Positions 13,010-25,060 of a stretch of 64,000 nt of DNA are shown here, one piece after another. The translations under genes were made by a program, and so were the position numbers. Location of the stretch: assembly GCF_003704095.1 (NCBI RefSeq), contig NW_020847747.1:186001-250000 (forward strand), read 5' to 3'. The notes under the pieces were generated by a model. It saw only the letters and a list, made by a program, of their open reading frames with translations, ran no database searches and was not told the DNA's origin. Source of the stretch: Pocillopora damicornis. Lineage: Eukaryota. Position 1 is the first letter of the stretch. Each line of letters starts with the position of its first letter.

Positions 13010-16000
13010 CTACTCCACAAAGATAGTCCTAACAGGTTTGTGTTGAGACATGCTGGAGAATCTTTCATCCAGAGTGGAGAATGTCTAAATTGAAATGAGA
13101 AAAAAAAGGAATGGAATTACCTCCTCTAATGACAGAAAAATTATAAAAAGAGGAGTAACTATAAAAAATAAACTCTGAAATAGTAAATACTGACACTACT
13201 AGGCTTTTCACAACATACCTTCCCAGTCATGGCAGTATTTGTTGGTGGATTGTAATAGTTTGTGTACACAAGTGGCTTGAGTGGGGGAGGCTAGAGGAAA
13301 AATAAAACAACAGAGTTAAAATATACAGCATTAGGTATCATCTCTTCAGTCTTAATGCAACATAGTTGCTTACATGTTAACTCTTTACACACTATCATCA
13401 GTATGCATATTCTCTATACTGTTCTCTATAATTACCTAAAGTGCTGACAAGGAGAATTTGATTAACAATCAAGAGCTTCATCAGTTGTTGATCATATCCT
13501 TTATTCTCATGACCTAAATAAGTGCTGCAGGGGTGATATTGTAAGGAGAACTTAGATGCTAGTCTCTATAGGGGGTCAAAGAAACTCTTCATCATAACAG
13601 TGTACTACATCACTGCCAAGCATAGGCAATTTGGCAAATAAAGCAGCACATTTGTTTGCCAAGAGTTATTTTTACCTTCCATGGTTCATATCATTACACA
13701 AGTTTGTGGCTGATTTTGTGTTAGAATGTACAATCCAAATGTAAACCAAGAAATATTCATGAAAAAGAATTTCATTGTACCTGATTTAAATTATTTGGCA
13801 CTGAAATTCTCAGATCCTCAGTTGGACCCACGCCTCTTGGATTGTTTGCTCCAACCTTTCCTCTCCATCTTCTCCTGTTCCTTGGATTAGTTTGTTGATT
13901 CACAGGCTGTTTCCACTGTGGGGTTCTTGTCAACCTACACGTTAAAAATTATGTATCTGACTTTTTCCTGACATTGATTTTTGGTACATGATAAACAAAC
14001 AATGTCTTTTCCAAGAATACCATGTGTTTAAATAGCCAATGAACTGGAAATGTAAACATAGAGTAATTTTCAAATAAGCATTGATTTCAATCTGGGATTG
14101 CATTTGGTTTTATGTCATTTTGTTCAGTGATTGGTCCAGAAAACTCACGTCATCCTCTCAACCAATCAAGTTACTGCACTTTTCAATAACATGAAAATGT
14201 GGGAGTTGAGAATACCATCAAAAATGTATTTGACACTGCTCTAAATTGTATTACAGATCAACTGCCCACCTACCCCTCCCCTAACCCAACCTTAACCCCC
14301 ACTTGTTGTCAATTGACTGTTGTTGGGTTAGGAGAGGAGTAGGTGGGCAGTTGCCCAAATACTGATATTGATCCCACATTATGGACCTGTAAAGTAAAAT
14401 GACCATGCTGTTTGATATGGTTCAAAGCTGGTATTTCTTAAATTGTGATTGCAGGAGTGCTACCCAATTTTTTTGTCTCTGCTTTTACATTGTAGATGAC
14501 CCTCAAAATAATATCTGGCAACAGAATGACACAAAATTGAAACTTTGGCTGTTTAAATCAGAGTTTTCATGTTATTGTAGAGGTCAAACAATATAGAGGA
14601 GTCACATCTTTGCAACAAAGTCAACTCATGGTACTCACGTTGCTCTTGGATTATTAATGGACACAGTTAGTTGAGGACCTTGCATACCACGCCTGAAAAG
14701 CATCACAAAAGTTTTAACATTTCATAAAAATACAGTATGCCTATAATAACAATGTAGACAAACAATATGACAACCCAAGGAAAACCATAATTTACACCAA
14801 AGGTATAACAATACAACAACATTTTTTTGTACTGTATAATAATGAAAAACTGTTCAGCAAAACTAAATTAAAAGATACACTTCAAGTTAAATTCAATATT
14901 AATTACTGGGAAAAAAAATTACACACAGGTGGTACAGGTAATGATGGACCATCATTCAGTAATCAGCTTTAATTGAAACCTCTGAGATACACTTAAAAAG
15001 AATATAGAAGATATCTATGATTCCACAGACAACTGCCTTCCTCAAGCTACGTTCATGACTATCTATGGATTTAACTGACAAAATATTACTGCCATAGAAA
15101 ACTCACAGCAATGATTAAGGATGCACACCTGTTTCGCTGTTGCTGTCTAGTGGCTCCAAGACTTTTCACATTCTGTGCCTTGTTTTGTCGGTTTATCTTA
15201 AAATGAACAGTAAACAGACAAAAATTATTTACAGGCTTGCTAAAAGTATCTAAACTTCAATGTTCATGGGAAAATAATGATATCAGCTCTTTCACTCTTA
15301 GATTGACCAGCACCTAATTTCTCCTTACAATGTCACCCCTGAATCACCTAATACCATAATGAGAATAAAGGAAATGATCTACAACTAAAGAAGCTCTTGA
15401 TTGTCAAACAAATTCTCCTTATCAGCACCTTAGGAAATGTATAAAGAACAGTATAGAGAATATGCATACTGATGTCATGAGTTAAAGGGTTAATTTCAAA
15501 GTAAAACTAGAATAATACACATGCATATTAAAAATTACCTGCATTCCTCTTCTGTTGTTGATGATATTTTGCCTGGCATCTTTTTGCTGAGTTTGTCTGT
15601 TACTGAGCCTTCTATTCTGTTGAATCTGCTTGGCTTTTGAAATAATCTTTTTACTCTGCAGTGCAGATAAGAAACAGTCTTTTAAATCGCAGACCTTCAC
15701 AGATCAACATCAGAATTTGCAATCATGGGTTTTGATATAAACATTAAATACAAAAGCTCTATGACACTTATTTTCTTTCCAAATCAATAGTTAACGTAAA
15801 GGAGGTTACAAATGGCATCAAAGCTGCTTTTTATATCCAGATCATCAACCAGCACTCATAAATTCTTCATTTAAGACTCAAATGACACTATTCAAACACA
15901 CACCCATTAACAAAAAGATAAAATTTAGATTTTATACCCTGCCTACTTTCCTCAGAATGGAAACTGGGCTATTGTAAAGTGTGCCGAGCATAACTAGTTT

Positions 16001-17740
16001 TTTTCATCCAACATCATTGAATTAGATTAACCTTTAAACTCCCAGAATTGATTAATATGTAAATTCTCTCTATATCTGTACATTATCCAGCAAACAGGTA
16101 ATGAGAATTTTTAAACTTCTCAGGTAGAAGTTGTTATCTTGATCCAACACCAAATTCTGATCACTAATTTACTAGGAGATGTGTAGCATCTAAAGGAAAG
16201 AGTTCAGAATCAGATCCTGGGTGTTAATTGTGTTAAATCAAATCAATAACAATTCTTTGATTACAATATTGATTAGAGTTATTTATTAAATATTAAAATT
16301 GTGCTGTGGAATGGTGAAATGAGGAGGCTAAGTTAAAAAATGTTTTCACGTTGGCTTGCTAGCTAACAGACTGTCTAAGAAACTGTGAGGTTCTCTTTAA
16401 TGCACAGCAAATCAACTGATGAGCAAAAGAAGAAAGAAAGATGTACCTTCTGTGCCATACTCTGCTTGTTTTTAAGTCTATTTGCAGCCACTTTAGCTCC
16501 CCGAGTTCTTCCTTTGTTTTGTAAATTTTGGTTTTTCTTGTAGCTCTGATTACCACTGCCTTGTCTTTGCTGAGTCACCTGACCCTTTTGCTTCCTGGTT
16601 GCTGGCCTGTTTCGACCCTGGGCTCCCTGTCTCTGTTGTGCAGACTGACCAGCATTTTTTCCAGCTATTCTTCTTCTCTGACTTTGTTTAATGGAGGTTC
16701 CCTTGTTACCCTGTTTAGTCTTGAGCTGTTGCTGTGTTCCTTTTTTCTGAGTCTGCTGTGTCTTCTTTTTCAAAGCTTTCTTCTTTAGCTTTTTCTGGTC
16801 TTTGATAATATCATCTTTGAAAAATAGAGCCAAGAAATTCAATTCAAACCAATATTTGGGTCTCCCCTTTTTCACTGAAAATATTTATTTAGAGAATTAA
16901 TATTCTCATATAAAAAGAGGCTAAATTTTAACCCTTTCAATTTCCCAAGATCTCATTAGAGATTCTCCTTACTGTATACCACACAATTCTTAGGATTTTA
17001 GTTTGGAGAATTTGGATAAAGTGATAATCCTATAATTCCTTTTTTTGTTATTCTCATAAATTTTCTGCTTGATATTGTAAAGATATTGTTAGGAGAAGGT
17101 CTGTCTTGGTCATTCATTGGAGTTCAAGGGTTAAAAAAAAAAGTCTCTAGTATTTCTTTGATAGTAAAAACCGTAAATATAATGTAAACACAATTAATAA
17201 ATTATCCCATTCAACCTTTGAACAGATTGCAACCGTTAATACAATCAAACGCTACAAAGATAAAGCTTCAATTTACCCTTCGAGACTTAGTCCATTCTTT
17301 CAAATCCGCGCAAAAAGGTACCCTGCATTATCTATACAGAACATACTATTAAAATCGATCAGGTTAGCAAGGAAAAGATCTAAGATCAATCGCAAAATTT
17401 TTGTCACCGTTACTAACTTAATCTTTTCGATGATTGATACCACATGTTCTGAAAAAGCGACGGATCAAATCAACTGGGCAAGAAAGGTTTCGATCTATGC
17501 TCCATCAATTCAAATGCTTTCCTAAACATTTTCCTAAATCAATAAACAGTGCATGAACGCAAGCTACGAGGTAGGTTGTTCACGATCGCAAACAAAGCTA
17601 TCTAAATCCATCACAGCGAGAATGGAACATCTCGTGGGTAATTTTTACTAGTTCCAGGAGAAAATAGCTTAAATATTCATATTAAGCTAGTAAAACATCC
17701 TGATTTACTCACCTAGAGATCTATCTATGTTGGTAGACAT
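13010..17740 (-). CDS. FYTTD1: UAP56-interacting factor (UIF/FYTTD1)-like mRNA export adaptor
   Basis: Exons 17713-17740, 16447-16814, 15539-15655, 15129-15196, 14639-14692, 13781-13934, 13219-13290, 13010-13084, all in phase. N-terminal UAP56-binding motif MSTNIDRSLDDIIKD (cf. DMSLDDIIKLN), K/R/Q/N-rich body without an RRM, C-terminal STLDERFS (cf. TLNERF in FYTTD1), ends RTIFVE*. Confidence 0.75.
13377..13581. mobile_element. TTAA/piggyBac-type MITE
   Basis: Family core catcagtatgcatattctc...ctgacaaggagaatttg...gtaaggagaa. Confidence 0.75.
14256..14374. repeat. Palindromic dispersed element with CCCTAACCC arms (5'-truncated)
   Basis: caactgcccacctacccctccctaaccc...gggttaggagaggagtaggtgggcagttg; full copy at 36326-36462. 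Confidence 0.75.
15290..15493. mobile_element. TTAA/piggyBac-type MITE (reverse orientation)
   Basis: Family core; ends ttaaagggttaa. Confidence 0.75.
16928..17134. mobile_element. TTAA/piggyBac-type MITE (third subfamily)
   Basis: ttaacccttt...caagggttaa, TTAA on both sides; related to 9463-9562, 31308-31518, 56013-56224. Confidence 0.8.
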
Positions 17741-18246
17741 TTTGAAAGGATTCTCGTTGATAGAAATCTTGTAGACGCCTGTTGACTACAACAAGACGTT
17801 AGCTTGGGAACCTCGTGATATTACAATTAACAGCGAGGGCCTAGGACTAGAATTGCCTCAGCAAAAAGTAAACGGGAAGGAGTGTTACTCAGGCTGTAAT
17901 GGATTATCTCTTTTTTCAGCTAAATTTTATCAATTTTTTCTTCTTTTTTTTCTTTCCTTTCTGACTAAGCTTTATCATTCTATAAGGCTTCTTTCGACCT
18001 GTACTTGACGTCCATGATCTTGTGTCATCATAAATAAATTGTCTACATTCAGAGAGGTACATAATTTTGTTTTCGAACATTTACAATTTGAGTATGTAGA
18101 GGTAAGCATAGATATATAAAAAAAGCGAGAATCCTCGTCGACTATATCTTGTCAACACTTTGAAAACCGCGAAAAAAGGAAACATCTGACCTCTTCATGA
18201 CAAAACGAACACATCTTAATCTTAGCGCTGTCTTTGACTAATTTTT

Positions 18247-19091
18247 TCAGACATCTGTCTTTCTCTCTAAAAACTGCCAGTAGTACGCAATTTGAGATGG
18301 ATCTCCTTCTAAAAAAACATGTGTATCAATAAAAAGCAGTATTTCCTTCTTCTCCTGGAAGCTGTTTGACCTCATTTTAGTTGGCGTGGCTCCCTTTTTA
18401 TGACGAAGTTAAGTAAAATAAGAGTATTTTAGTCTTTAAGCGTTTACAAGGAAGCTGTCCCGCTTATATGTACGATCTACTCAAATTTAATGCAGACCTA
18501 CACACACGAACTGGTCGTTATAGCAAATTAAATCTCGCTTGCCCTCGTTTCAATCGCGAAACCGAGGGAGGGAGGACCTTTAGCGTATCTGCGACAAGGC
18601 TGTGGAACCAACTACCAACTAACCTAAAAAAAGAGGTGACAACGGTTATTTCTTTCAGAAAGGCCTAGCACAGACATTTTTTAACGAGCGACGATAAAGT
18701 AGAACATTTCAGTCCGAATGCGATTTAACCCGACCCAAGCGGCATATTTTATTTTATCTAGTTTTTAGCTCGCTTATAGACCAGTTGACCAGTTTTATAA
18801 TCCTCGAATACATTTTAATTCCAATCATGGTACTTTTAGGATCGAAGGCCACTACTTCATCAGTTGAATTACTGTTGTGTGTTACCTTCCATAAATAAAG
18901 TTGTTATAAAGTTGTTATAAAGGTGGACATGTAAAAGTGAAAAGGAAAAAAATATTATATTTCGTATCTGTGAGTACTTTACCCCAGCCATACTCTCTCA
19001 AGAACACGATGTACAGAAAGCCAAAACTAATGTATATTCTCAGCACCAAAAATCGCACAAGGGCCGCAGATATACAGACGATCCAGCCCCA
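18247..19091 (-). pseudogene. Collapsed SLC16/MCT paralogue: exon-1 remnant plus 3' end of last exon, separated by a LINE fragment
   Basis: 18968-19091 encodes WGWIVCISAALVRFLVLRIYISFGFLYIVFLREYGWGKVLT with the donor mutated GT>AT. 18247-18379 encodes KMRSNSFQEKKEILLFIDTHVFLEGDPSQIAYYWQFLERKTDV*, near-identical to 19191-19300. Confidence 0.75.
18380..18922 (+). mobile_element. 5'-truncated non-LTR retrotransposon (CR1/L2-group-like ORF2 C-terminus plus 3' tail)
   Basis: WLPFYDEVK*NKSILVFKRLQGSCPAYMYDLL...RTFSVSATRLWNQLP...SFRK is typical post-RT ORF2 sequence; ends in aataaagttgttataaagttgttataaag tandem tail. Confidence 0.75.
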
Positions 19092-19190
19092 NNNNNNNNN
19101 NNNNNNNNNNNNNNNNNNNNNNNNNNNNNNNNNNNNNNNNNNNNNNNNNNNNNNNNNNNNNNNNNNNNNNNNNNNNNNNNNNNNNNNNNN

Positions 19191-22100
19191 NAAACTGCGA
19201 GTAGTACGCAATTTGAGATGGATCTCCTTCTAAAAAAACATGTGTTTCAACAAATAGTGGTATTTCCTTCTTCTCCAGGAAGCTGTTTGACCTCATTTTA
19301 ATCTCCGTAACTCCATGTTGTCTCATCGGAGTTAAAACTGGGACTAGTGACAGGATGCATGCGCACACAGCTATCATGCCGCCCGAGAAGAAGAAGGCTT
19401 CGTTGTATGTACTTGTGATCTCACTAAGAAAGCCTAGAAAAATAAAAATAAATCAAAAACATAAACTTGCAAGATTTTCCATGAAAGACATGAAAGAGTT
19501 TAAAATAAAAGCTAAAAGTAGCGTAAATTATTTATCACGGAATTACTCCAGCCAGGCCTTTGACAAGTATCGCTGACGACTGTCATTACTTTTTGTTTCA
19601 TCAAAAAACAAACCATTATTACCTGAAAATTTCATTCATGAAAATTTTTCTCACATAAAGGGGTAACAAGCCATTTTACAATCCACACTAAGCCTTCCAT
19701 GGGCAAACGTTTTACGATTCTAGGAGCGTCCAAGGACAGAGAATTTATCGACGGTTGGAATTCTAATCCTATTCATGTAGGTCATCATTGAAATGTCTAG
19801 TGAAACTTTAACCTTTTCTTCGAAGAATGGACTGAGGTTTTGGTGTAATGGCATCACTTTCAAAACTGTCCTTATTGTTGAAAATTAAAAGCCCACAAAT
19901 TAACAGAATGAAATTTGCACACTGGGTGCCCTGTGCATCGAACCAAGACATGTAAACGTTTTAGAGGAGAAACGTACCTGCTATAAGTGAGCCTGTCATT
20001 AGAGGTATCGAGAAAACCAAATAGAGGAAACCGAGAGCTGATGATAGCTTGTTGCTACCGACGATATCTCCCGTGATAACCGGAGTCAAAGTCACAACCA
20101 CCCCGTCAAAAATCCCAAATAAAATTGTAAAAAGGACAAGTCCGCCATAATTTGTGGCCAATGGACACAGCGTTGTTGTGACAGCCATTATCAGAAATGC
20201 TGATTGGTATAGGTACATTCGATTGACACATCGGTAATCCGAGACATGGCCGAAGAGAAGTCGACCAGCCAACGAGCCAACCGAAAGGAAACCAATGAGG
20301 AAGGAAGCCTTTGATTGTGGTATCTCATGGTAAGTCGCGTGTGTAGGCTGTGAGTCGAGAAAAAATAATATTAAACATTTCAGTGAGGTTTTCTTTGCAG
20401 CAATTTGCTATTTTAAATGATTAAAAAAAACATTTTAGGGCAAAAGAGACGGGTAATGAAACAGTAGAGCAAACGTCTCGTATAAAACCCTTGAGCTGCG
20501 CCTTTGCCGTTTCCCGTGACAACACGTTATCCCCAATAAAATGTTCACAACCTCTCGCTCAATTAAGATTTATTTAAGCCTGTTAGCGAGGCTTCCACTC
20601 GCACATCTACCCACCCAATAACACTTATATCTACTTTAAAGCGCATTGTGACCGAAAAGTAGCAGCTCTCTAACAGCTCTGCGTGAGGACCAACGTAATG
20701 CCATCAAGTGAAAACCAAACGTTCCTGGTTCAGTAATTGCCGTATTTTCCTAGGTATTGGGCTCAACTTGCGCATTTTGAGCAAAGGAGGTCAGCTTTTA
20801 ACTGCCTCACAACCCCCCCTACCCCTCCCCTGCTAAATTTGTAAACGTTCAAGCAAAGAAAAAAAAACGAGACAAGGAGAGAGAATAGTCAACTCACCAA
20901 ATATACGAAAGGTATAAAGTATCCTAAGTTGAATATACCAAGTGCCAGTGCCCATACAACAAAACCCTTGTTTTTCCACACAGCTAAATCAATGATTTTT
21001 TTCTCGCCTTTATACATCTTGCTCTTCACAGGAGGCGCTCTGTAAGAGAAGGCTGCGACAATCATCACGCAAGCGAACGCCCCTAGGATTCTCATAGTAT
21101 GTCGCCACCCAACACTTTCTACGAGTACGTTGATTGTTGGGCCAATAACTAGAGCACCGACTGAGCTCCCCGCAGTAACGATCCCATGTGCCAAGGATTT
21201 CTGATGTTCAAAGTATCTGTCTAAAATGAGGAATGTTGGCACGTAGCTCATGCTCGACCCCAGTCCCCACGTAATACTGTAGGTGATATAAATGGGAACG
21301 GGGCTACTGACAAATGACGTCACAACCATAGCAATAACTGAAACGATTCCGCCAGCAATGGCCACGATTTTACAACCAAATCGATCACAAAGTGTGCTGG
21401 TTAATGGCCCAAAGAAGAAGTTCATACCCAGTCCCATTGAACCTATGTAACCTGCGGGAAAAAAAAAGACAGTAAGATTTAGAGGGAATTAACTGTACAT
21501 CTAGATCTTGAGACACGTGGCTTATGGAAAACAGCTAGTTACAAAGTTAACCGAAGACTACAGAAAATAAATTGAACAAGCCTTAAATACAAGATAAGGT
21601 AGGATAGGATAATTTATTTAACATCACATAAACAGGAAGTGGTCTCCCGTGCTCATGACATAAGTGTTTGCCCAGCTGAAAAAAATTTAGGACTATATAT
21701 GATAAAAGCTAATAAAGAATAAAAATAAAAAGAAATAAGATGTAGAGATTACATGTATTTGTATAGTTAATTAGTTAAGTCTGATGGTAATTGTGCTCAA
21801 GAGATTATGAACTGTTAATAATCTCTTGTTGTGATTTACTGAGTTAAGTTAAGAGGAATATTACTTTTGGGTGACCTCCATTCAGGGCACTCGAAGAACA
21901 CGTGAGTTCCTTGTTACCTTGCATGGCACACGCTTCACGTGACCACGCACGAGAGGCCGCACGAGTGAGACATGGGACGTATGCGCAATACTACTCTTTT
22001 TTTTCTCGATTACCTGTTGCAAATTACATCCTATTTGTGTCTTAACACTGCTGGATCGCGTTCCAGCCGTCGGGAAGCTGTAAAGTTACCGGCGAAATTG

Positions 22101-24766
22101 AAAAGTTGACATGTGTTGTGCGAGTGAAAAGGAAAATAATCTTATGTTTCGCACCTGTGAGTACTTTACTCCTGCCTTACTCCCTCAAAAACACAATGTA
22201 ATGAATGCCAAAACTATTGTGGATTCCCAGCACCAAAAATTGCACAAGAGCCGCAGATATACAGACGATCCACCCCCACCCACCATCTTGGCAAATCTCA
22301 ATGTTGCGATGAACGATAGGGACAGCTTCTTTCAGGTTTTTTTGTTCTTATTTGTAAGGATACCGTTGTCCGACATTTTAAATATTCAGCTTGTTTCACG
22401 GGAAGCGAACAGTTGAGTTGAGAACTAACAGACTCCAATCCGAAAGTTATTAACCTTTGCTTTCTGTATCATGTTTTGTTTGTCTGCCCAAACCAGTTTC
22501 AGTTACACAAATACGCTAATTTAAATCTGAGTCGATTTTGTGAAAACGAAAGGTTTTCAAACGAGCCACAGTCGGGCAACAGGGCCATTGATTTTCGAAC
22601 TTTGTAGGTCGATATCAAAGGGTAGTCAAAACACTCCAAAAGTAAATATATCCATGTTAACATTTTCTCGGTGATAATAGGTCAGTGTAGGATAAGCAGG
22701 CACACCACTCGAACATAGACTTTCCCCCAGTTTCGTGTTTACACAGGGAATACCAAATTGAACTGAAAACATCTCTGTTGTAGCTTGTTACGGCGGGGGT
22801 CAACAGATTTATGGTTTTAGCTTAATGTCTACATCATTCTGAACGGAAGTCAGCAAAGTACCAGTCTTTCCAAGTTCATCGAAATCCCTGCAGCAGTAAC
22901 AAGTCACATCATATTGGCCTGTTCTTTTAAGACCACTTTTCTTTCTTTTTTTTTTCCAGAAATTGAAGTGTCGTAGATTAGAACTTAATCAGCGCCATGA
23001 GGTCAAACTCGAATAACACAGTAACAGACGTAAACTACAAAAACGAATCGTAAGGCAACACCAAAACTATCTCTTTTTTCAGGACAACAATATCATAGGA
23101 ACCTTCATGATGAAACATCGCACAGGCACCTACTAATGTTTTGTATGCTTTAGGAAAATGGGGGCTCTGCCTTCTCTGGGGAATCTAAATGTACATGACG
23201 GGTCGCGGGTCGAGAAAGCGAAGAAAGATGTTTCTCTGGCTGCATCAGTCAAACTCGGACTTTAATTTTTGATTCACTGTGGCTAATTTGAGGAGACACA
23301 ATATTTCGAATGCAGGAGAGTCCCATAGTGTCTGTATAAAACTGAATTACCCTTTTTACTAGTGTATAAGTCGAACTCGCATATAAGTCCATCCCCCGTT
23401 TTCAAGGTCAAAAATCGGATTTTTTCATCATTTCTGGTCAAAAAGTAAAATTCAGACAGATAGGAATTTCCCAGAAAGATAATCTCTTATTTCTGAGATT
23501 GTATTGAAAACACGGGGAATTAAGAAAACTGCAGAACACAATGTAACCGTGTGCTTTGAAGTTTATAGCACTGTTTACATCATCACGATTTAAGCATACA
23601 CGAGCACTTCGATTTACTGGAGAAGTATCGTACCATATTTTGTAAATCACATTGAAAATCAAATCTTCTTGCATTTAACTAACCTTTATCTTAATTTTGA
23701 GTCTGAAAGGAGATTAAGTAGACCGAAAGGACACCGGAGAGCTTCAGAGGATAGTGCGTATCAAACAAGACCGCGCGAGACAACAATAATTGTCAGGTCA
23801 CTAAGCTACTGAAATCGTTCGATAAAGTCGAAAGTTCAACACTGTAAACAACAGGGAAGCTACTAGCAAAAATGTGTGCCCTACAGTCCGAAGACACAAT
23901 AGAGATCAGCTCCAGTAACTTTGTGTTCAGCCACTTCAAATTTCTTATTTCAAACTTTTTTGTTGACGAAGAATGCGCTGAAAATTGACGAAACTCGAAC
24001 TGGTTTTAGAACTAGTTTTATAAACTCGGTTTTCCAAATGGACTTCAGGTAATTGTTATGCTAATTTCTTGGATTGCTTGGGTCAGGTCTTTGTTTATGA
24101 CTCGTGCATAAGTCGAGGGTGATTTTTTTGGGCTGACTTTTTGGTCATAACAGGTCGACCTATACACGAGTAAATACGGTATCCATGAAAAAATAGGGTA
24201 AGTTTCTAAAGAAACTACGGTGCTGCGTCGGTGGGAGAGTGTACCAAGATAATTTAGCATTATAAACTAAATTGATAACGTAAATTGGCCATCGTAAAGA
24301 GTTAAAAAGCTGACGTTTCGAGCGTGAGTGAGCGCTAATCTCGTGATATGATTTCCTCGACATGCGATTACCAGTTTAAGTGATCTCAGCGCGACTTAAT
24401 CTTAAACAAGTTCCGGCGATGTAGTATTATGAATAAACACACTTACAGACAGTTGTTAGCTTTTCATGACTTCGTTACAGTGTTGACAATTATTTCCGCA
24501 AGGAGAGCGGAAAATACCAAACGCATGTGAAAATACACCAACATATTAGCTTGTTACGCTTTTTTGTGTCATAACAAACATGGTTGTATTGCACAAGAAC
24601 GAGCCAAATAGAAACGACGTTATATGAACGAAACGAAATTTCCGTACCTGTGAGTGCCTTACCCCAGCCATACTCCTTCAAGAATACGATGTACAGAATG
24701 CCAAAGCTGTTGTGGATTCCCAGCACCACAAATTGTACAAGAGCCGCAGATATACAGACGATCCAA
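19191..24766 (-). CDS. SLC16 / monocarboxylate transporter family (MCT8/MCT10-like); start and stop lie in N gaps
   Basis: Intact exon-1 part 24648-24766 (WIVCISAALVQFVVLGIHNSFGILY...), exon 2 20898-21451 (LCDRFGCK; GWRHTMR), exon 3 19978-20347 (GRLLFGHVSD), exon 4 <19191-19433; splice phases 1,0,1 are consistent. Confidence 0.85.
22155..22376 (-). pseudogene. Dead duplicate of MCT exon 1 inside intron 1
   Basis: ATG at 22376, then a frameshift in an A7 run (A8 would restore frame), QDGGWGWIVCISAALVQFLVLGIHNSFG, and in-frame TAA (22177-22179) where the other copies have Tyr. GT donor retained. Confidence 0.8.
23350..24179. mobile_element. Non-autonomous Tc1/mariner (pogo/Tc2-type) DNA transposon
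   Basis: TA|ccctttttactagtgtataagtcga ... tcgacctatacacgagtaaatacgg|TA: about 25-bp imperfect TIRs with TA target duplication; no transposase ORF. Confidence 0.7.
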
Positions 24767-25060
24767 NNNNNNNNNNNNNNNNNNNNNNNNNNNNNNNNNN
24801 NNNNNNNNNNNNNNNNNNNNNNNNNNNNNNNNNNNNNNNNNNNNNNNNNNNNNNNNNNNNNNNNNNNNNNNNNNNNNNNNNNNNNNNNNNNNNNNNNNNN
24901 NNNNNNNNNNNNNNNNNNNNNNNNNNNNNNNNNNNNNNNNNNNNNNNNNNNNNNNNNNNNNNNNNNNNNNNNNNNNNNNNNNNNNNNNNNNNNNNNNNNN
25001 NNNNNNNNNNNNNNNNNNNNNNNNNNNNNNNNNNNNNNNNNNNNNNNNNNNNNNNNNNNN

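Noticed and set aside
22177-22179. Stop-codon readthrough or recoding in MCT exon 1
   Set aside because: The codon is TAA and the same exon also carries a frameshift, while an intact copy exists at 24648; simple pseudogenisation fits better.
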